A stretch of 61,780 bases of DNA, the filler included. It is 7 parts of 7 records of this genome, joined end to end, with 100 filler letters (N's around TTAATTAATTAA, not from the genome) between each part and the next. Parts side by side here need not be neighbours in the genome. Positions count along the whole stretch, not along the records: positions 41,507 to 56,816 come from SRR20825010_6527; positions 56,917 to 61,780 come from SRR20825010_6535; 5 more parts are not named here. One strand, given 5' to 3'. The translations under genes and the position numbers were made by a program. Positions 47,901-56,926 of this stretch are shown here, one piece after another. Position 1 is the first letter of the stretch, and every line of letters starts with the position of its first letter. The notes beneath the pieces are model-generated. The model was not told the origin of the DNA. It made no database searches and saw nothing but the letters and a program-made list of their open reading frames with translations.

Positions 47901-48501
47901 GATGCTGATGCGGTTCTGGGATCCGGATACCGGCCGGGTACTGATGGATGATACGAATCTGAAAGACTACAGGCTGGACGATCTGCGCGGCCGGATCGCT
48001 CTCGTTGCCCAGGACACCTACCTGTTCAACGACACGCTCCGGGCCAACATCATGCTGGCCCGCCCCGACGCCAGCGAAGCGGATCTGGAGGCGGCTGTGC
48101 GCCATGCCTCGCTCGGCGATCTGGTGGAGATGCTGCCGGACGGGCTTGATACCAAGGTCGGCGAACGCGGCACCAGTCTTTCGGGCGGTCAACGCCAGCG
48201 TGTCGCCATCGCCCGCGCTTTCCTGAAGGATGCCCCGGTGCTGATCCTGGACGAAGCCACCTCGCATCTGGATGCGGTGAACGAACGGGCGGTGCGCGAG
48301 GCATTGGACCGGTTGCAGAGCGACCGCACCACCATCGTCATCGCCCACCGGCTTTCGACCATCCGCAGCGCGGACATGATCGCGGTGCTGAGCGAGGGCA
48401 CGCTAGTCGAAACCGGTAGCCATGAAGAACTGGTGGCGAAGGGCGGGCTATACGCCCAGCTCGTCTCCCACCAGCTCGCTTCGGCGGTGGCGGCGGAATA
48501 G
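44917..48501 (+). CDS. Fused four-domain ABC transporter (TMD-NBD-TMD-NBD), CydD/CydC-like
   Basis: Two Walker A (GPSGCGKS, GTSGAGKT), two LSGGQRQR and two LDEA. CydD-like FLDSLQGLATLKAFG and CydC-like HDMAFRLLAEMR. Confidence 0.9.
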   Translation: MHFETRLWQFTEGVRGRISWAILIGLLGVSLGVARLGLLGWLIGRIFSGDSLEDLWPSIAGIALVMIARGWVEQWRNMVAHETAAKVQVSLRRKVYDKLASLGPAYVGRERSGAITLALTDAVDRLEVYFGQYLPQLAVSLLAPLLIFAFVAWIDLPVALVMLVFALLAVFAPALWHSSNERSARRRQEAYSSFAAEFLDSLQGLATLKAFGQSKARGDTLEVKAREVFRSTMWVLSGNVLARGITDSSIACGAAAALGLGAYRVTEGHLELTSLLVIMMLGVEVFRPMRELRNVLHEGMVGLSAAKGIYRVLDGEPDVEDAVASSTVPLEASITFEDVGFHYPGAPRTVHDGLSFAVKPGERIGLVGPSGCGKSSVVRLLLRFFDPTEGRILLGGKPLDALSFEQIRSMISVVNQDTFLFHGTVEENIRMGRPEADHASVVSAAQAANIHDFIEGLPEGYQTVIGERGIKLSGGQRQRMAIARALLRDTPILILDEALSAVDAENEAVIQDALNRLMKGRTTLVLAHRLSSVIDCDRILVLNEGKVAEEGPHSALMKAGGLYAGLMAEQAREAEAADAAEPVVRDAAAKPAVESLADVPGGAMQAPTEGIIKAEGLTWTQVVTELMKVIMPWKGKLVLTFLFGVLRVLGFIGVGVLSAFVVLALKNGTDFTPYLWGLAVVAPLSGVLHWLESWLAHDMAFRLLAEMRIDTFRKLDALAPAYLVRRRTGDLMTLVTHDIELVEYFFAHTVAPAFVAILVPAGVLVWLGMENPVLAFTLLPFLVAVGLSPFLMRGRVDTLGSEAREASGELGAFAVDSVQGLGEIVAFQQETSRGDKLDALGQRHIDLRLPFFRELTAQQSLLEALTGLGGLAVVVAGAWLTAAGVIQAGVLPLLTILAMAAFLPVSEIAQIGRQLADTLGSTRRVYALNNEPVPVTDGPGGPDQSGSVSITLEDVDFRYPGQSRRAIRDFSLKIPAGKTVALVGTSGAGKTTLAQMLMRFWDPDTGRVLMDDTNLKDYRLDDLRGRIALVAQDTYLFNDTLRANIMLARPDASEADLEAAVRHASLGDLVEMLPDGLDTKVGERGTSLSGGQRQRVAIARAFLKDAPVLILDEATSHLDAVNERAVREALDRLQSDRTTIVIAHRLSTIRSADMIAVLSEGTLVETGSHEELVAKGGLYAQLVSHQLASAVAAE

Positions 48502-48517
48502 AAAAATAGAAAGAATG

Positions 48518-48576
48518 TTTCCCGGACCTTGGAGCCGTAAAGCTCCTTCGAAAGGTCCCGGATCAAGTCCGGGAAA
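48518..48576. repeat. REP-like inverted repeat between convergent genes
   Basis: TTTCCCGGAC...GTCCGGGAAA with an internal CCCGGATCAAGTCCGGG hairpin. Confidence 0.55.
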
Positions 48577-48594
48577 ACGTATCTTTATCTCTAT

Positions 48595-49752
48595 CTATTC
48601 CAGCGTTTCCAGCAGGCGGAACCACATTTTTGCGCGCGGTTCGAGGGAGGAGAAATAGATTTTCTCTTCCAGCGTATGCGCGCCTTCACCGTCGGCGCCG
48701 AGGCCGTCGAGGGTGGGGACACCGAGGGCGGCCGTGAAGTTGCCGTCGCTGCCGCCGCCTGTTGTGGTGGTGGCTTCAAGCTCCAGCCCGAACTCCGCCG
48801 CACAGGCTTTCGCATGCTCGAACAGCTTCATGCTGGCATCGGTGGCTTCGAAGGGCGGGCGGTTCATGCCGCCGGTAACCTCGACGGTGACGTCCGGATT
48901 CTGGGCCTTGAGGCCAAGGATCTTTGCCGTGAGTTCCTCGCCGTCTTCCTGGGTCAGGACCCGCAGGTCGATTTCAGCGACCACGTCGCGCGCAACCACA
49001 TTGACGGCGGTACCGCCGCTGATCATGCCGACATTGGTGGTCACGCCGCGCTCGTAATCCACCAGCGCGTCTATTGCCTTGATCTGGTTCGCCAACTCGC
49101 TGATGGCGCTGCGGCCATCTTCGTGCTTGGCGCCGGCATGGGCCGGGCGGCCGGTGATCTTCATCACGAAGCGGCCGACGCCCTTGCGGGAGACCACGAC
49201 CTTGCCGCCATCGCGGGCCGGTTCGGTGACCAATACGTATTTCGCCTTGCGGGCCTCTTCCTCGATGATTTCCTGGGAGATCGGGCTGCCGACCTCTTCC
49301 TCGGACACATAGAGGAAGGTAACCGGCAGGCTGGTTTTGCGGCCGAGGCGCTGCAGATGGCGATAGGCGTAATAGGGCAGGTAGGCGCCGGCCTTCATGT
49401 CATAGATACCGGGGCCGTAGACAATGTCACCCTCGCGGCGGATCTTCAACGCGCCGTCCTTCACGCCGATCGGGTGCACCGTGTCGATATGGCTGAGCAC
49501 GAGGATGCCTTTTTCGCCACTGGCGTTTTCGGTCCGGGCCCGGATGATATCGCCGTAACCGTCCCGCCCGGGGGTCCGCTCGATGGCCAGCCCGAGACCT
49601 TCGTAGAGTCCCTCCACCTTTGTCGCGACCCTGTTGACCGCGTCCTTGTCGGTGGTCGGGCTTTCCTCTCCGACCCAGTCAAGAATGCCTTCGAGGATTT
49701 CTTCGGGTTCGATCTTCGGAATGTTCGATTGCTGGGTGGAGTCCGGGCTCAT
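48595..49752 (-). CDS. M20 family metallopeptidase (glutamate carboxypeptidase-like)
   Basis: HIDTV, GPGIYDMKAG, EEEVGS, AHAG, GGSDGNF, GAHT. Confidence 0.92.
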   Translation of the reverse strand: MSPDSTQQSNIPKIEPEEILEGILDWVGEESPTTDKDAVNRVATKVEGLYEGLGLAIERTPGRDGYGDIIRARTENASGEKGILVLSHIDTVHPIGVKDGALKIRREGDIVYGPGIYDMKAGAYLPYYAYRHLQRLGRKTSLPVTFLYVSEEEVGSPISQEIIEEEARKAKYVLVTEPARDGGKVVVSRKGVGRFVMKITGRPAHAGAKHEDGRSAISELANQIKAIDALVDYERGVTTNVGMISGGTAVNVVARDVVAEIDLRVLTQEDGEELTAKILGLKAQNPDVTVEVTGGMNRPPFEATDASMKLFEHAKACAAEFGLELEATTTTGGGSDGNFTAALGVPTLDGLGADGEGAHTLEEKIYFSSLEPRAKMWFRLLETLE

Positions 49753-49772
49753 TGGTGCGCGGCCTTTCGTGG

Positions 49773-51599
49773 TTATTCTGGATCTGACGCTGTGTCATCC
49801 GGCAGGAGTCGCCGGAATGTGACGGGCTCTTTGAACCCTCTTATAGCGCGGTGGTCCTGCTCCAACCATTTCGAATTGAGAATTTCCGCGACCGCCATAT
49901 CGCCGGCTATGGCCTCGCTGATGACGATCTCGCCGGGACCGGCCTCGCCCTGCAGGCGGGCGGCCATGTTGACGGTGCCACCGAAATAATCGAGCCGTCC
50001 GTTCATGGTGACGGCGATGCAGGGGCCGGCATGCAGGCCGAGTTTCAGGCCGATAGGATTGCCGGGGTGCTCCTGGTTGAAGTCGAGGATATGCGCGCGG
50101 ATCGCCAGCGCCGCCCGGACGCCGGAGTCCGGTTCGGTGAAGGCGGCCATGACAGCGTCGCCGATGGTTTTCACCACCCCGCCATCATGCTCCCGGACGA
50201 TCCGGGTGAGGAAATCGAAATGCTCCCGGACGAGACCGTAGGCCGGGGCATCACCAATTTTCTCATACAGCGCGGTGGAGCCGCTGAGATCCGTGAACAT
50301 CAGGGTGATATGGGCAATGCCGACCTCATCCCCGCCGCGCAACACATCCTCGGCGAAGAGATGCCGGAACGCCTGCAACGTGGTGACCCTGTGCGCGGTC
50401 AGGGCATCTTCCGCCCAGTCCCGCGCCTCGATGATGACGACGCGGGGGCGGTCCGTCCGGTTGAGCAGCATGACACTGCCCGGGGCAACATCCGACGGCT
50501 CCGTCGTGATCTCATCTTCGCGGATGGAGAGGGCGGGAAAGTGGCCTCCGGAATAATCCAGAATGCATTCCGGTCCCGGCTCCAGGGTACGGATCCGGTA
50601 GGAGCCAGGCACGAGCCCGGCATCGATGACCTCCGTTCCGCCCGGCGCGACACGCAATTGCAAGCGGACATGAGGGGTGGACATCGGCCCGAACAGGCAG
50701 AACTCCCCATGCACCACCTTGCGGATGCCGGCGGCGGGCTGGAAGGTAAGTTCGACATTGCGGGCGAAATCGCGGTCATAGCTGATATTGCAGGAGGTAC
50801 AATGCGCACCCTGCGGCAGCTCGTCGAGCGAGCTTCCCGACAGCTTGGCGCCCTTGCAGCGCGGGCAGAGCAGATCCCAGCGGCTTTCCAGCAACCCGCT
50901 CTTTACGGCTTCCAGACACAGCTCGATGACATGCCGTTCGTCCGCTTCCCATTGCCGGGCGAGGCGCAGTGGCCGGATATGCATCAGGTCGATTTCCTGA
51001 GCTGAAAGCAGCCAGTCCGCGAGCCTGCGTCCGAGCCCGTGCCCGTAGCGCGAGGCATTGAGGCGGATGAGCGCGCTCTCCAGGCGCTGATCGTGGGCGG
51101 TATCAAGCTCCATCGGTTCGGTCGGGTAAGGGGTCTCGATCTGTTCCTTTGCCCAGTCCTCGATCCGGTCGGCTGTGCGGGTGAAGTTCCGTTCGTTTAC
51201 CGGAAAGATGACTTTGCGGGCGAGGATGCCGCCGATCAGGTTCCGTGGCTCGATATCGGTGCGGTAATGCACGATACAGCCCTCGCCGTTCGGGCCGTCC
51301 TCGAAACGGACATGGACGTTGAGCTGTTTCAATGGCCCTTTGAGGAAGAGGCGGCGATGCCGGAACCAGTTGCCCGCTGACCATTCCTGCGGAATATCCT
51401 CCCAATGCAGGGTGACGAAACCGATCTTGGCCGTCGCGAAAAAGCGGACGCTGCCATCCGCCTGCAGCTCTTCCCGGATATCATGCTTCGGCAAGCCCGT
51501 GGCCTCGTTGTAGCGCCGTGTGTCCGCCAGTGCCTTCCAGGCCTGGGCGCGGGAAGCTTCGAGATGCCGGACGAACTCGCGCGACAACAGCGTGCTCAC
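49773..51599 (-). CDS. Class III adenylate cyclase with an N-terminal SRPBCC-like domain and a DUF5939-like Cys4 domain
   Basis: FTDLSGST, VKTIGDAVMA, DYFGGTVNMAARLQ, CPRC...CTSC. GTG 51599 overlaps the upstream stop (GTGA). Confidence 0.88.
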   Translation of the reverse strand: MSTLLSREFVRHLEASRAQAWKALADTRRYNEATGLPKHDIREELQADGSVRFFATAKIGFVTLHWEDIPQEWSAGNWFRHRRLFLKGPLKQLNVHVRFEDGPNGEGCIVHYRTDIEPRNLIGGILARKVIFPVNERNFTRTADRIEDWAKEQIETPYPTEPMELDTAHDQRLESALIRLNASRYGHGLGRRLADWLLSAQEIDLMHIRPLRLARQWEADERHVIELCLEAVKSGLLESRWDLLCPRCKGAKLSGSSLDELPQGAHCTSCNISYDRDFARNVELTFQPAAGIRKVVHGEFCLFGPMSTPHVRLQLRVAPGGTEVIDAGLVPGSYRIRTLEPGPECILDYSGGHFPALSIREDEITTEPSDVAPGSVMLLNRTDRPRVVIIEARDWAEDALTAHRVTTLQAFRHLFAEDVLRGGDEVGIAHITLMFTDLSGSTALYEKIGDAPAYGLVREHFDFLTRIVREHDGGVVKTIGDAVMAAFTEPDSGVRAALAIRAHILDFNQEHPGNPIGLKLGLHAGPCIAVTMNGRLDYFGGTVNMAARLQGEAGPGEIVISEAIAGDMAVAEILNSKWLEQDHRAIRGFKEPVTFRRLLPDDTASDPE

Positions 51600-52477
51600 G
51601 GTGTCTTGCCCCCATCCGCCTTCCGGGAGGCCAGGAATTCCTCGCCGAGCGGGACATAGAAGGCGGCCGCGAAACCGGCCAGCTCCCGCGCGGGGATATT
51701 GAAGGGTGGTTTTACGCCGCCGCGGAAATGGGTGCGCACCAGATGCTGCCAGGTCTCGATCCGGGGTTTTCCCTCCCGGTCGCAAACATGGTCGAACCAG
51801 CGCTTGCCGACAGCGACATGGGTGATCTCGTCATCGAAGATGGTTTGCAGGATGGTGGAACTTGCCTCATCCCCGACGTCGCGCATCTTGGTGATCATCG
51901 CCGGGGTGACGTCGAGGCCGCGTGCTTCCAGCACCAGCGGCACGATGGATAGCCGGGCCAGCAGATCGTGCGCGGTTTTTGTCGCCGCGCCCCACAGCCC
52001 GTCATGGGCGTTCAGCGCGCCGTAATGGGAGCCGAGCTCTTCCAGCCGGTCGGCGATCAGCAGGAAATGTTTCGACTCGTCATCCGCGACCTTCATCCAG
52101 TCGGTATAGAAGTCTCCAGGGAGATCGTGGCCGGTATAGCGGGCGATGATGTCCCAGGAGAGATCGATGGCATTCAGCTCTATATGCCCCAGTGCGTGCA
52201 GCAGCGCGATGCGGCCTGCCGGGGCCGCCGTGATCTTGCGCTTCGGCACCTCGCGCGGCGGGCGCAAAGCAGGCAAGGCGGGGCGTGCCGGGCGATCCGG
52301 CGGCGCTGCTGTGCCGATATCGCTGATGCTGCCATCGTTCCAGGCCGCCACCACGGCGCGGCCGAGCGTTGCCTTCTGCCTTGTGTCGCCGGTTTCAAGC
52401 ACGGCGACGGCGGCTTCGGCCAAACTGTGGAATTGTTTCTCGCGGGACATGCCGGTCCGGTCACTTTCAACATCCAT
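51596..52477 (-). CDS. Ferritin-like DUF455 protein
   Basis: HALGHIELNAIDL, DESKHF, EARGLD, DEITHVAVG diiron-type ExxH motifs. Confidence 0.88.
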   Translation of the reverse strand: MDVESDRTGMSREKQFHSLAEAAVAVLETGDTRQKATLGRAVVAAWNDGSISDIGTAAPPDRPARPALPALRPPREVPKRKITAAPAGRIALLHALGHIELNAIDLSWDIIARYTGHDLPGDFYTDWMKVADDESKHFLLIADRLEELGSHYGALNAHDGLWGAATKTAHDLLARLSIVPLVLEARGLDVTPAMITKMRDVGDEASSTILQTIFDDEITHVAVGKRWFDHVCDREGKPRIETWQHLVRTHFRGGVKPPFNIPARELAGFAAAFYVPLGEEFLASRKADGGKTP

Positions 52478-52582
52478 TTCGAAACTTGTACGCGCCCCAT
52501 GCCCGATTGGTCCACTTTTGGCGGCATTGCAGGCAGGCGGGGCGGGGGCCTATAACCGGATCTTGATTACGGAGCGACGACC

Positions 52583-53032
52583 ATGACAGCGAATACCCTG
52601 TTTTCAGAGCGCGGCGGCAAGGCGGAGCTTGAGGAAGGCTCGACCTTTCAGCCGAAATTCGACGCGGACGGCCTGATCCCCTGTATCACTCAGCATGCGG
52701 AGACCGGCGAGGTCCTGATGTTTGCCTTCATGAACCGGGAAGCGCTGACGAAAACGCTTGAGCTGGGCGAGGCCGTTTACTGGAGCCGCTCCCGGTCCGA
52801 GATCTGGCACAAGGGCGCGACGAGCGGGCATGTGCAGAAACTGGTCGAGCTTCGGGTCGATTGCGATCAGGACGTGGTGCTGCTGCGGGTGCTGTCGGGG
52901 CCAGCCTGCCATGTCGGCTATGACAGCTGCTTCTTCCGGGCCGCCCGGATCGAGGATGGCAAGGCCGTGCTCGATGTGATCAAGGACGGCAAGGCGTACG
53001 ACCCGGAAGCCGTCTACGGAAAGAAGAACTAG
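52583..53032 (+). CDS. hisI: Phosphoribosyl-AMP cyclohydrolase
   Basis: [29 protein letters not shown]. Confidence 0.95.
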   Translation: MTANTLFSERGGKAELEEGSTFQPKFDADGLIPCITQHAETGEVLMFAFMNREALTKTLELGEAVYWSRSRSEIWHKGATSGHVQKLVELRVDCDQDVVLLRVLSGPACHVGYDSCFFRAARIEDGKAVLDVIKDGKAYDPEAVYGKKN

Positions 53033-53036
53033 GCCG

Positions 53037-53588
53037 ATGGCGGAGATCGAAATCATCCTGCCCGCGATAGAGGCCGCCGATAGTGTGCTGGAAACGGAAG
53101 CGGGGCGGTTTCGCATTGCCGGCCAGCACATTCCGGAGAAACGTGTGATGGTGAACCCGGTAGTCCTGCGGGATCTGGTGAAGAGCGCGCGGACGGCCGC
53201 AAAGAACGCCCATGTCCCCTATTCGCATTTCCATGTCGGCGCGGCCGTCATCATGGCGGATGATTCTGCGGGAGAAGTGATCACCGGTGCGAATATCGAG
53301 AATGCCTCCTACGGCGCCACGATCTGCGGTGAGCGCAACGCGCTGCATGCCGCCGCTGCCAAAGGCTTCCGGCGGATCAAATTCCTCGCTCTCTCCACCG
53401 CTGACAGCCTGGATGGCCCGCTCCCTGACCGGTCGCCCTGCGGCATCTGCCGCCAGGTGATGCGGGAGTTCATCGACCGGGAGGAGGCGCAAGGCGCCGC
53501 CCTGATCCTGGTGGATACGGGCGATGCGGATTTCACCGCAGACATCCTCGATATCGACCGGCTCTTGCCCTACGGATTTCGGCTTTAG
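53037..53588 (+). CDS. cdd: Cytidine deaminase with an N-terminal extension
   Basis: PYSHFHVGAA, NIENASYGATICGERNA, PCGICRQ. Confidence 0.9.
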   Translation: MAEIEIILPAIEAADSVLETEAGRFRIAGQHIPEKRVMVNPVVLRDLVKSARTAAKNAHVPYSHFHVGAAVIMADDSAGEVITGANIENASYGATICGERNALHAAAAKGFRRIKFLALSTADSLDGPLPDRSPCGICRQVMREFIDREEAQGAALILVDTGDADFTADILDIDRLLPYGFRL

Positions 53589-53590
53589 GC

Positions 53591-53974
53591 TTACGCGGCC
53601 GCGATAATCTCGATCTCGATAAGCCAGCCCGGCTCGAGTGTTTCCACCACGATTGCCGTGGTCGGAATGCGCCTTCCGCCGAGAGCGGTGAGCCGGGCGT
53701 CGCGATTGGCTTCCGCATAGTTGCCGTCCCGCATGTAGCTGGTCAGCCGCACGATGTTGTCGGCCTCCATGCTGGCCTCGGCCAGAATCCGGCGAATATT
53801 GTCCCATACCAGAACAAGCTGCTCCTCAAGAGTGGCTGGAGCCGAGTGATCCGGAGCCAGTCCCATTGTACCGGAGACGAATAACAGCTTCTCGAAACTG
53901 GTGAGCAGGATGCCGTGCGCGTAATCCTCTGCCGGATAGATCCCGGTGGATGGATTTATCAGTGATGTTTTCAT
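53591..53974 (-). CDS. RidA/YjgF family protein
   Basis: YAHG, LFVSG, NIVRLTSY, LIEIEIIA. Confidence 0.85.
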   Translation of the reverse strand: MKTSLINPSTGIYPAEDYAHGILLTSFEKLLFVSGTMGLAPDHSAPATLEEQLVLVWDNIRRILAEASMEADNIVRLTSYMRDGNYAEANRDARLTALGGRRIPTTAIVVETLEPGWLIEIEIIAAA

Positions 53975-54042
53975 TCTCTGTCCTCCATTGATGTAGTTTC
54001 GCTATTGCAGAAAATCATTCGGCCAAAGCGAGGTTTCATCGA

Positions 54043-54573
54043 ATGAAGGAAGAAAAAGAAATTGTTCGGAAAAAGGATGTTCGTTTTAGTGATCTGGACG
54101 TTTTCGACAGAAAGATCTTAAGCGCGCTGACCGAGGATGCGCGTCTGACCTATGCCGATATCGGCAAGAGTGCTGGACTGTCCGCTCCGGCTGTCTTCGA
54201 GCGTGTGAAGCGTCTTCGCGCACAGGGTGTTCTTGCCGGCACATCGGCGCGGCTTGACGGTACGGCCGTGGGCAAGCCTTTCCTTGCCTTCGTACATGTC
54301 GATGCGGATGGCTGGGGGAAAAGCCAGCGGATGCTCCGCCTGCGGGCATTCCCGGAGGTCGAGGAGATGCACTCGGTCGCGGGCGATACATGCGTTATCC
54401 TGAAGGTCCGGACAGCAAGCGCGCAGGCCATGGAGGAATTTCTGTCCCAGCTCTATGTGCTGCCGGGTGTGCGGGGGACGCGAAGCTTTGTCGTGTTGTC
54501 GACCTACCTTGAACGCCCGGTGCAGGCGGAGGTGACCGAAACATGGCCCGACATCCCGATGCCGCCTGAATGA
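54043..54573 (+). CDS. Lrp/AsnC family regulator
   Basis: LDVFDRKIL...GLSAPAVFERVKRL, HSVAGD. Confidence 0.9.
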   Translation: MKEEKEIVRKKDVRFSDLDVFDRKILSALTEDARLTYADIGKSAGLSAPAVFERVKRLRAQGVLAGTSARLDGTAVGKPFLAFVHVDADGWGKSQRMLRLRAFPEVEEMHSVAGDTCVILKVRTASAQAMEEFLSQLYVLPGVRGTRSFVVLSTYLERPVQAEVTETWPDIPMPPE

Positions 54574-54609
54574 GCCGCGCGCTGCTGAAAGTAACGAAGG
54601 GGGAAAGCG

Positions 54610-55038
54610 ATGACGGGAACGGATGGGCGTTCGGCGATTATTCTGGAGGCGGGTGAGGGCCGGCGCTACGAGATGGGGAATATCGGCGCCGTCTTCAAAG
54701 CCGATTGCGGTGAGACGGCAGACCGTTATTCGATCTCCGAATGGTGGCTGGAGCCGCACACCTCCGGCCCTGGCGCCCATATTCATGACGATGGCGATGA
54801 CGTGTTTTTCGTCATTGAAGGCACAATGAGCTTTCTTGTCGACGATGCGTGGCGCGATGTGGAGCGGGGTGGCTTTGTTTTGGTGCCGGCGGGAATACGG
54901 CACGATTTCGAGAACCGTAGCGCTGCCCGCGCGGGCCTGCTCAATTTCTCCATCCCCGGCGCGTTCGAGGAGCACATGCCAAGCATCGTCGAATGGTTTC
55001 GAGAGCATCCGCCCCATCGTGTGAGCTGGGCAAGCTGA
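54610..55038 (+). CDS. Cupin domain protein
   Basis: HIH...FFVIEG and VPAGIRHDFEN cupin motifs. Confidence 0.85.
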   Translation: MTGTDGRSAIILEAGEGRRYEMGNIGAVFKADCGETADRYSISEWWLEPHTSGPGAHIHDDGDDVFFVIEGTMSFLVDDAWRDVERGGFVLVPAGIRHDFENRSAARAGLLNFSIPGAFEEHMPSIVEWFREHPPHRVSWAS

Positions 55039-55072
55039 GAACCCGCTTATAGAAATAGTTCCGGCAGGCGTT

Positions 55073-55735
55073 TTAGGGCGCTGCACCCGCTGGCGGCTGA
55101 AATCCATGCCGGGCATGGAAGCGGGCCAGCTCGTTTCGTGTCGGACTATGGCCGCAATAGGTCTTCACATAGGCGGGTATCCGCTCCATGCGGAGGGCGA
55201 GCGGCTCCTCGACTTGCATCGAGATATAGCCGATCTGGACAAGATAGATGGTCCGGGCGCGGACATCCGCCTCGCCCGGATCGAAGCCGAAGCGCTCGAA
55301 CACGGATCTTATGGCGGCAAGCCTGACCTCGTCGGCGGCGGCAACACGGGCCATCACAGCGCTGGATTGATGCGCCCAGCCCCGGATAGCGAAATCGAAA
55401 CGGGACTCGAACCGCTCTTCTTCCAGGAAGACGCCGATCACGTTCAGCATCGCTTCGGCCACGCTGTCTGAATAGGCCTCGCATGCCGAGAAGATACCGC
55501 CGGTATTCCTCTCTTCCCATTCTTCGAGAAGAGCCGCGAGGATGGCCGCCCGGTCCTTGAAAAACCAATAGAAACTGGTGCGCGACAGATTCAGTTGGTT
55601 GGCGAGAGGCTGGATTTTCACCGCATCGATGCCGTTTTCAAGGAAAGCCGCTTTCGCCGCGTCGAGCCAGATTTCTCGGGATCCGCGCCAGCCCGTGTTT
55701 TTCTGCTCGTTGTCTTGAGAGGTTTCGATTTCCAT
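55073..55735 (-). CDS. TetR/AcrR family regulator
   Basis: GIDAVKIQPLANQLNLSRTSFYWFFKDR helix-turn-helix. Confidence 0.92.
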   Translation of the reverse strand: MEIETSQDNEQKNTGWRGSREIWLDAAKAAFLENGIDAVKIQPLANQLNLSRTSFYWFFKDRAAILAALLEEWEERNTGGIFSACEAYSDSVAEAMLNVIGVFLEEERFESRFDFAIRGWAHQSSAVMARVAAADEVRLAAIRSVFERFGFDPGEADVRARTIYLVQIGYISMQVEEPLALRMERIPAYVKTYCGHSPTRNELARFHARHGFQPPAGAAP

Positions 55736-55777
55736 GCGGTCAAGTTTAGCGGTGGGGGAATGCCGGTTCCACTAAAA

Positions 55778-55813
55778 TAGACATCAATGAACTTAAACTT
55801 GACATAAGTGAAC
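55778..55813. promoter_or_regulatory. Tandem candidate operator boxes in the tetR / oxidoreductase divergent promoter
   Basis: TAGACATCAATGAAC and TTGACATAAGTGAAC are offset by 21 bp. The second contains TTGACA. Confidence 0.5.
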
Positions 55814-55850
55814 ATTTTGCCGGAGCATTCTTGAAGCACAGGAGGCCCGC

Positions 55851-56816
55851 ATGTCCGCTGATCCGCTTTTCCAGCCTTACACACTGAAACATCTGACGCT
55901 GAAAAATCGGCTGATGATCACCTCCCATGAGCCGGCTTATCCCGAAGACGGGATGCCGAAAGACCGTTACCGGGCGTATCATGCGGAGCGGGCAAAGGCC
56001 GGTGTTGCGCTGACGATGACGGCGGGGTCGGCTTCCGTCTCGCGGGACAGCCCGCCGGTCTTCAACAACATCCTGGCCTGGAAGGACGAGGTTGTCGGCT
56101 GGATGCGGGCGATGACGGATGAGTGTCACGATCATGGCTGCGCGGTGATGATCCAGCTGACCCATCTCGGACGCCGCACCCGCTGGGACAAGGCCGACTG
56201 GTTGCCCGTCGTCTCGGCCAGTCATGAACGCGAGCCCTCGCACAAGGCCTTTCCGAAAATGGTCGAGGACTGGGATGTCGCGCGGATCATCGAGGATTAT
56301 GCCGATGCGGCCGAACGGATGCAGCAGGCCGGTGTCGACGGGATCGAGCTCGAGTCCTACGGCCATTTCATGGATCAGTTCTGGTCCCCGCTGACGAACA
56401 CCCTCGACGGCCCGTACGGCGGTAGTCTGGACAACCGTTTGCGCTTTGCATTCGACACGCTGCGGGCGATCCGCAAGAGAGTGGGCGATGATTTCATCGT
56501 GGGCATCCGGTACTCGGGCGACGAGTGTCTGCCGGGCGGGCTGACCAAAGATGACGGGATGGAGATCTCACGCCGCCTGAAGGATAGCGGCCTGGTGGAT
56601 TTCCTTAACGTCGTGCGTGGGCATATCGATACGGATGCGGGCCTGACGGACCTGATCCCGGTGCAGGGTATGAAGAGCGCGCCGCATCTCGATTTCGCGG
56701 GCGAGATCCGGGCGGAGACGAAGTTCCCGACATTCCACGCCTCGAAAATCCAAGATGTTGCGACGGCGCGCCATGCGATCGCCAGCGGCAAGCTCGACAT
56801 GGTCGGCATGACCCGC
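55851..56816 (+). CDS. NADH:flavin oxidoreductase (OYE-like), StcD/HpbA N-methylproline demethylase-like, 5' part
   Basis: HLTLKNRLMITSHEPAYPEDGMP, MIQLTHLGRRT, YGHFMDQFWSP, YGGSLDNR. Confidence 0.85.
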
Positions 56817-56916
56817 NNNNNNNNNNNNNNNNNNNNNNNNNNNNNNNNNNNNNNNNNNNNTTAATTAATTAANNNNNNNNNNNNNNNNNNNNNNNNNNNN
56901 NNNNNNNNNNNNNNNN
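56817..56916. other. Artificial contig spacer
   Basis: N run with TTAATTAATTAA linker. Confidence 0.98.
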
Positions 56917-56926
56917 TGAAGCGTGA

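Noticed and set aside
44935-49989. Long antisense ORFs (431, 578 and 437 aa) opposite the ABC transporter and M20 peptidase
   Set aside because: Typical high-GC shadow frames with no domain signatures.
51600-51785. N-terminal extension of the adenylate cyclase overlapping DUF455
   Set aside because: GTG 51599 gives a standard 4-nt overlap, and the longer frame is low-complexity read-through.
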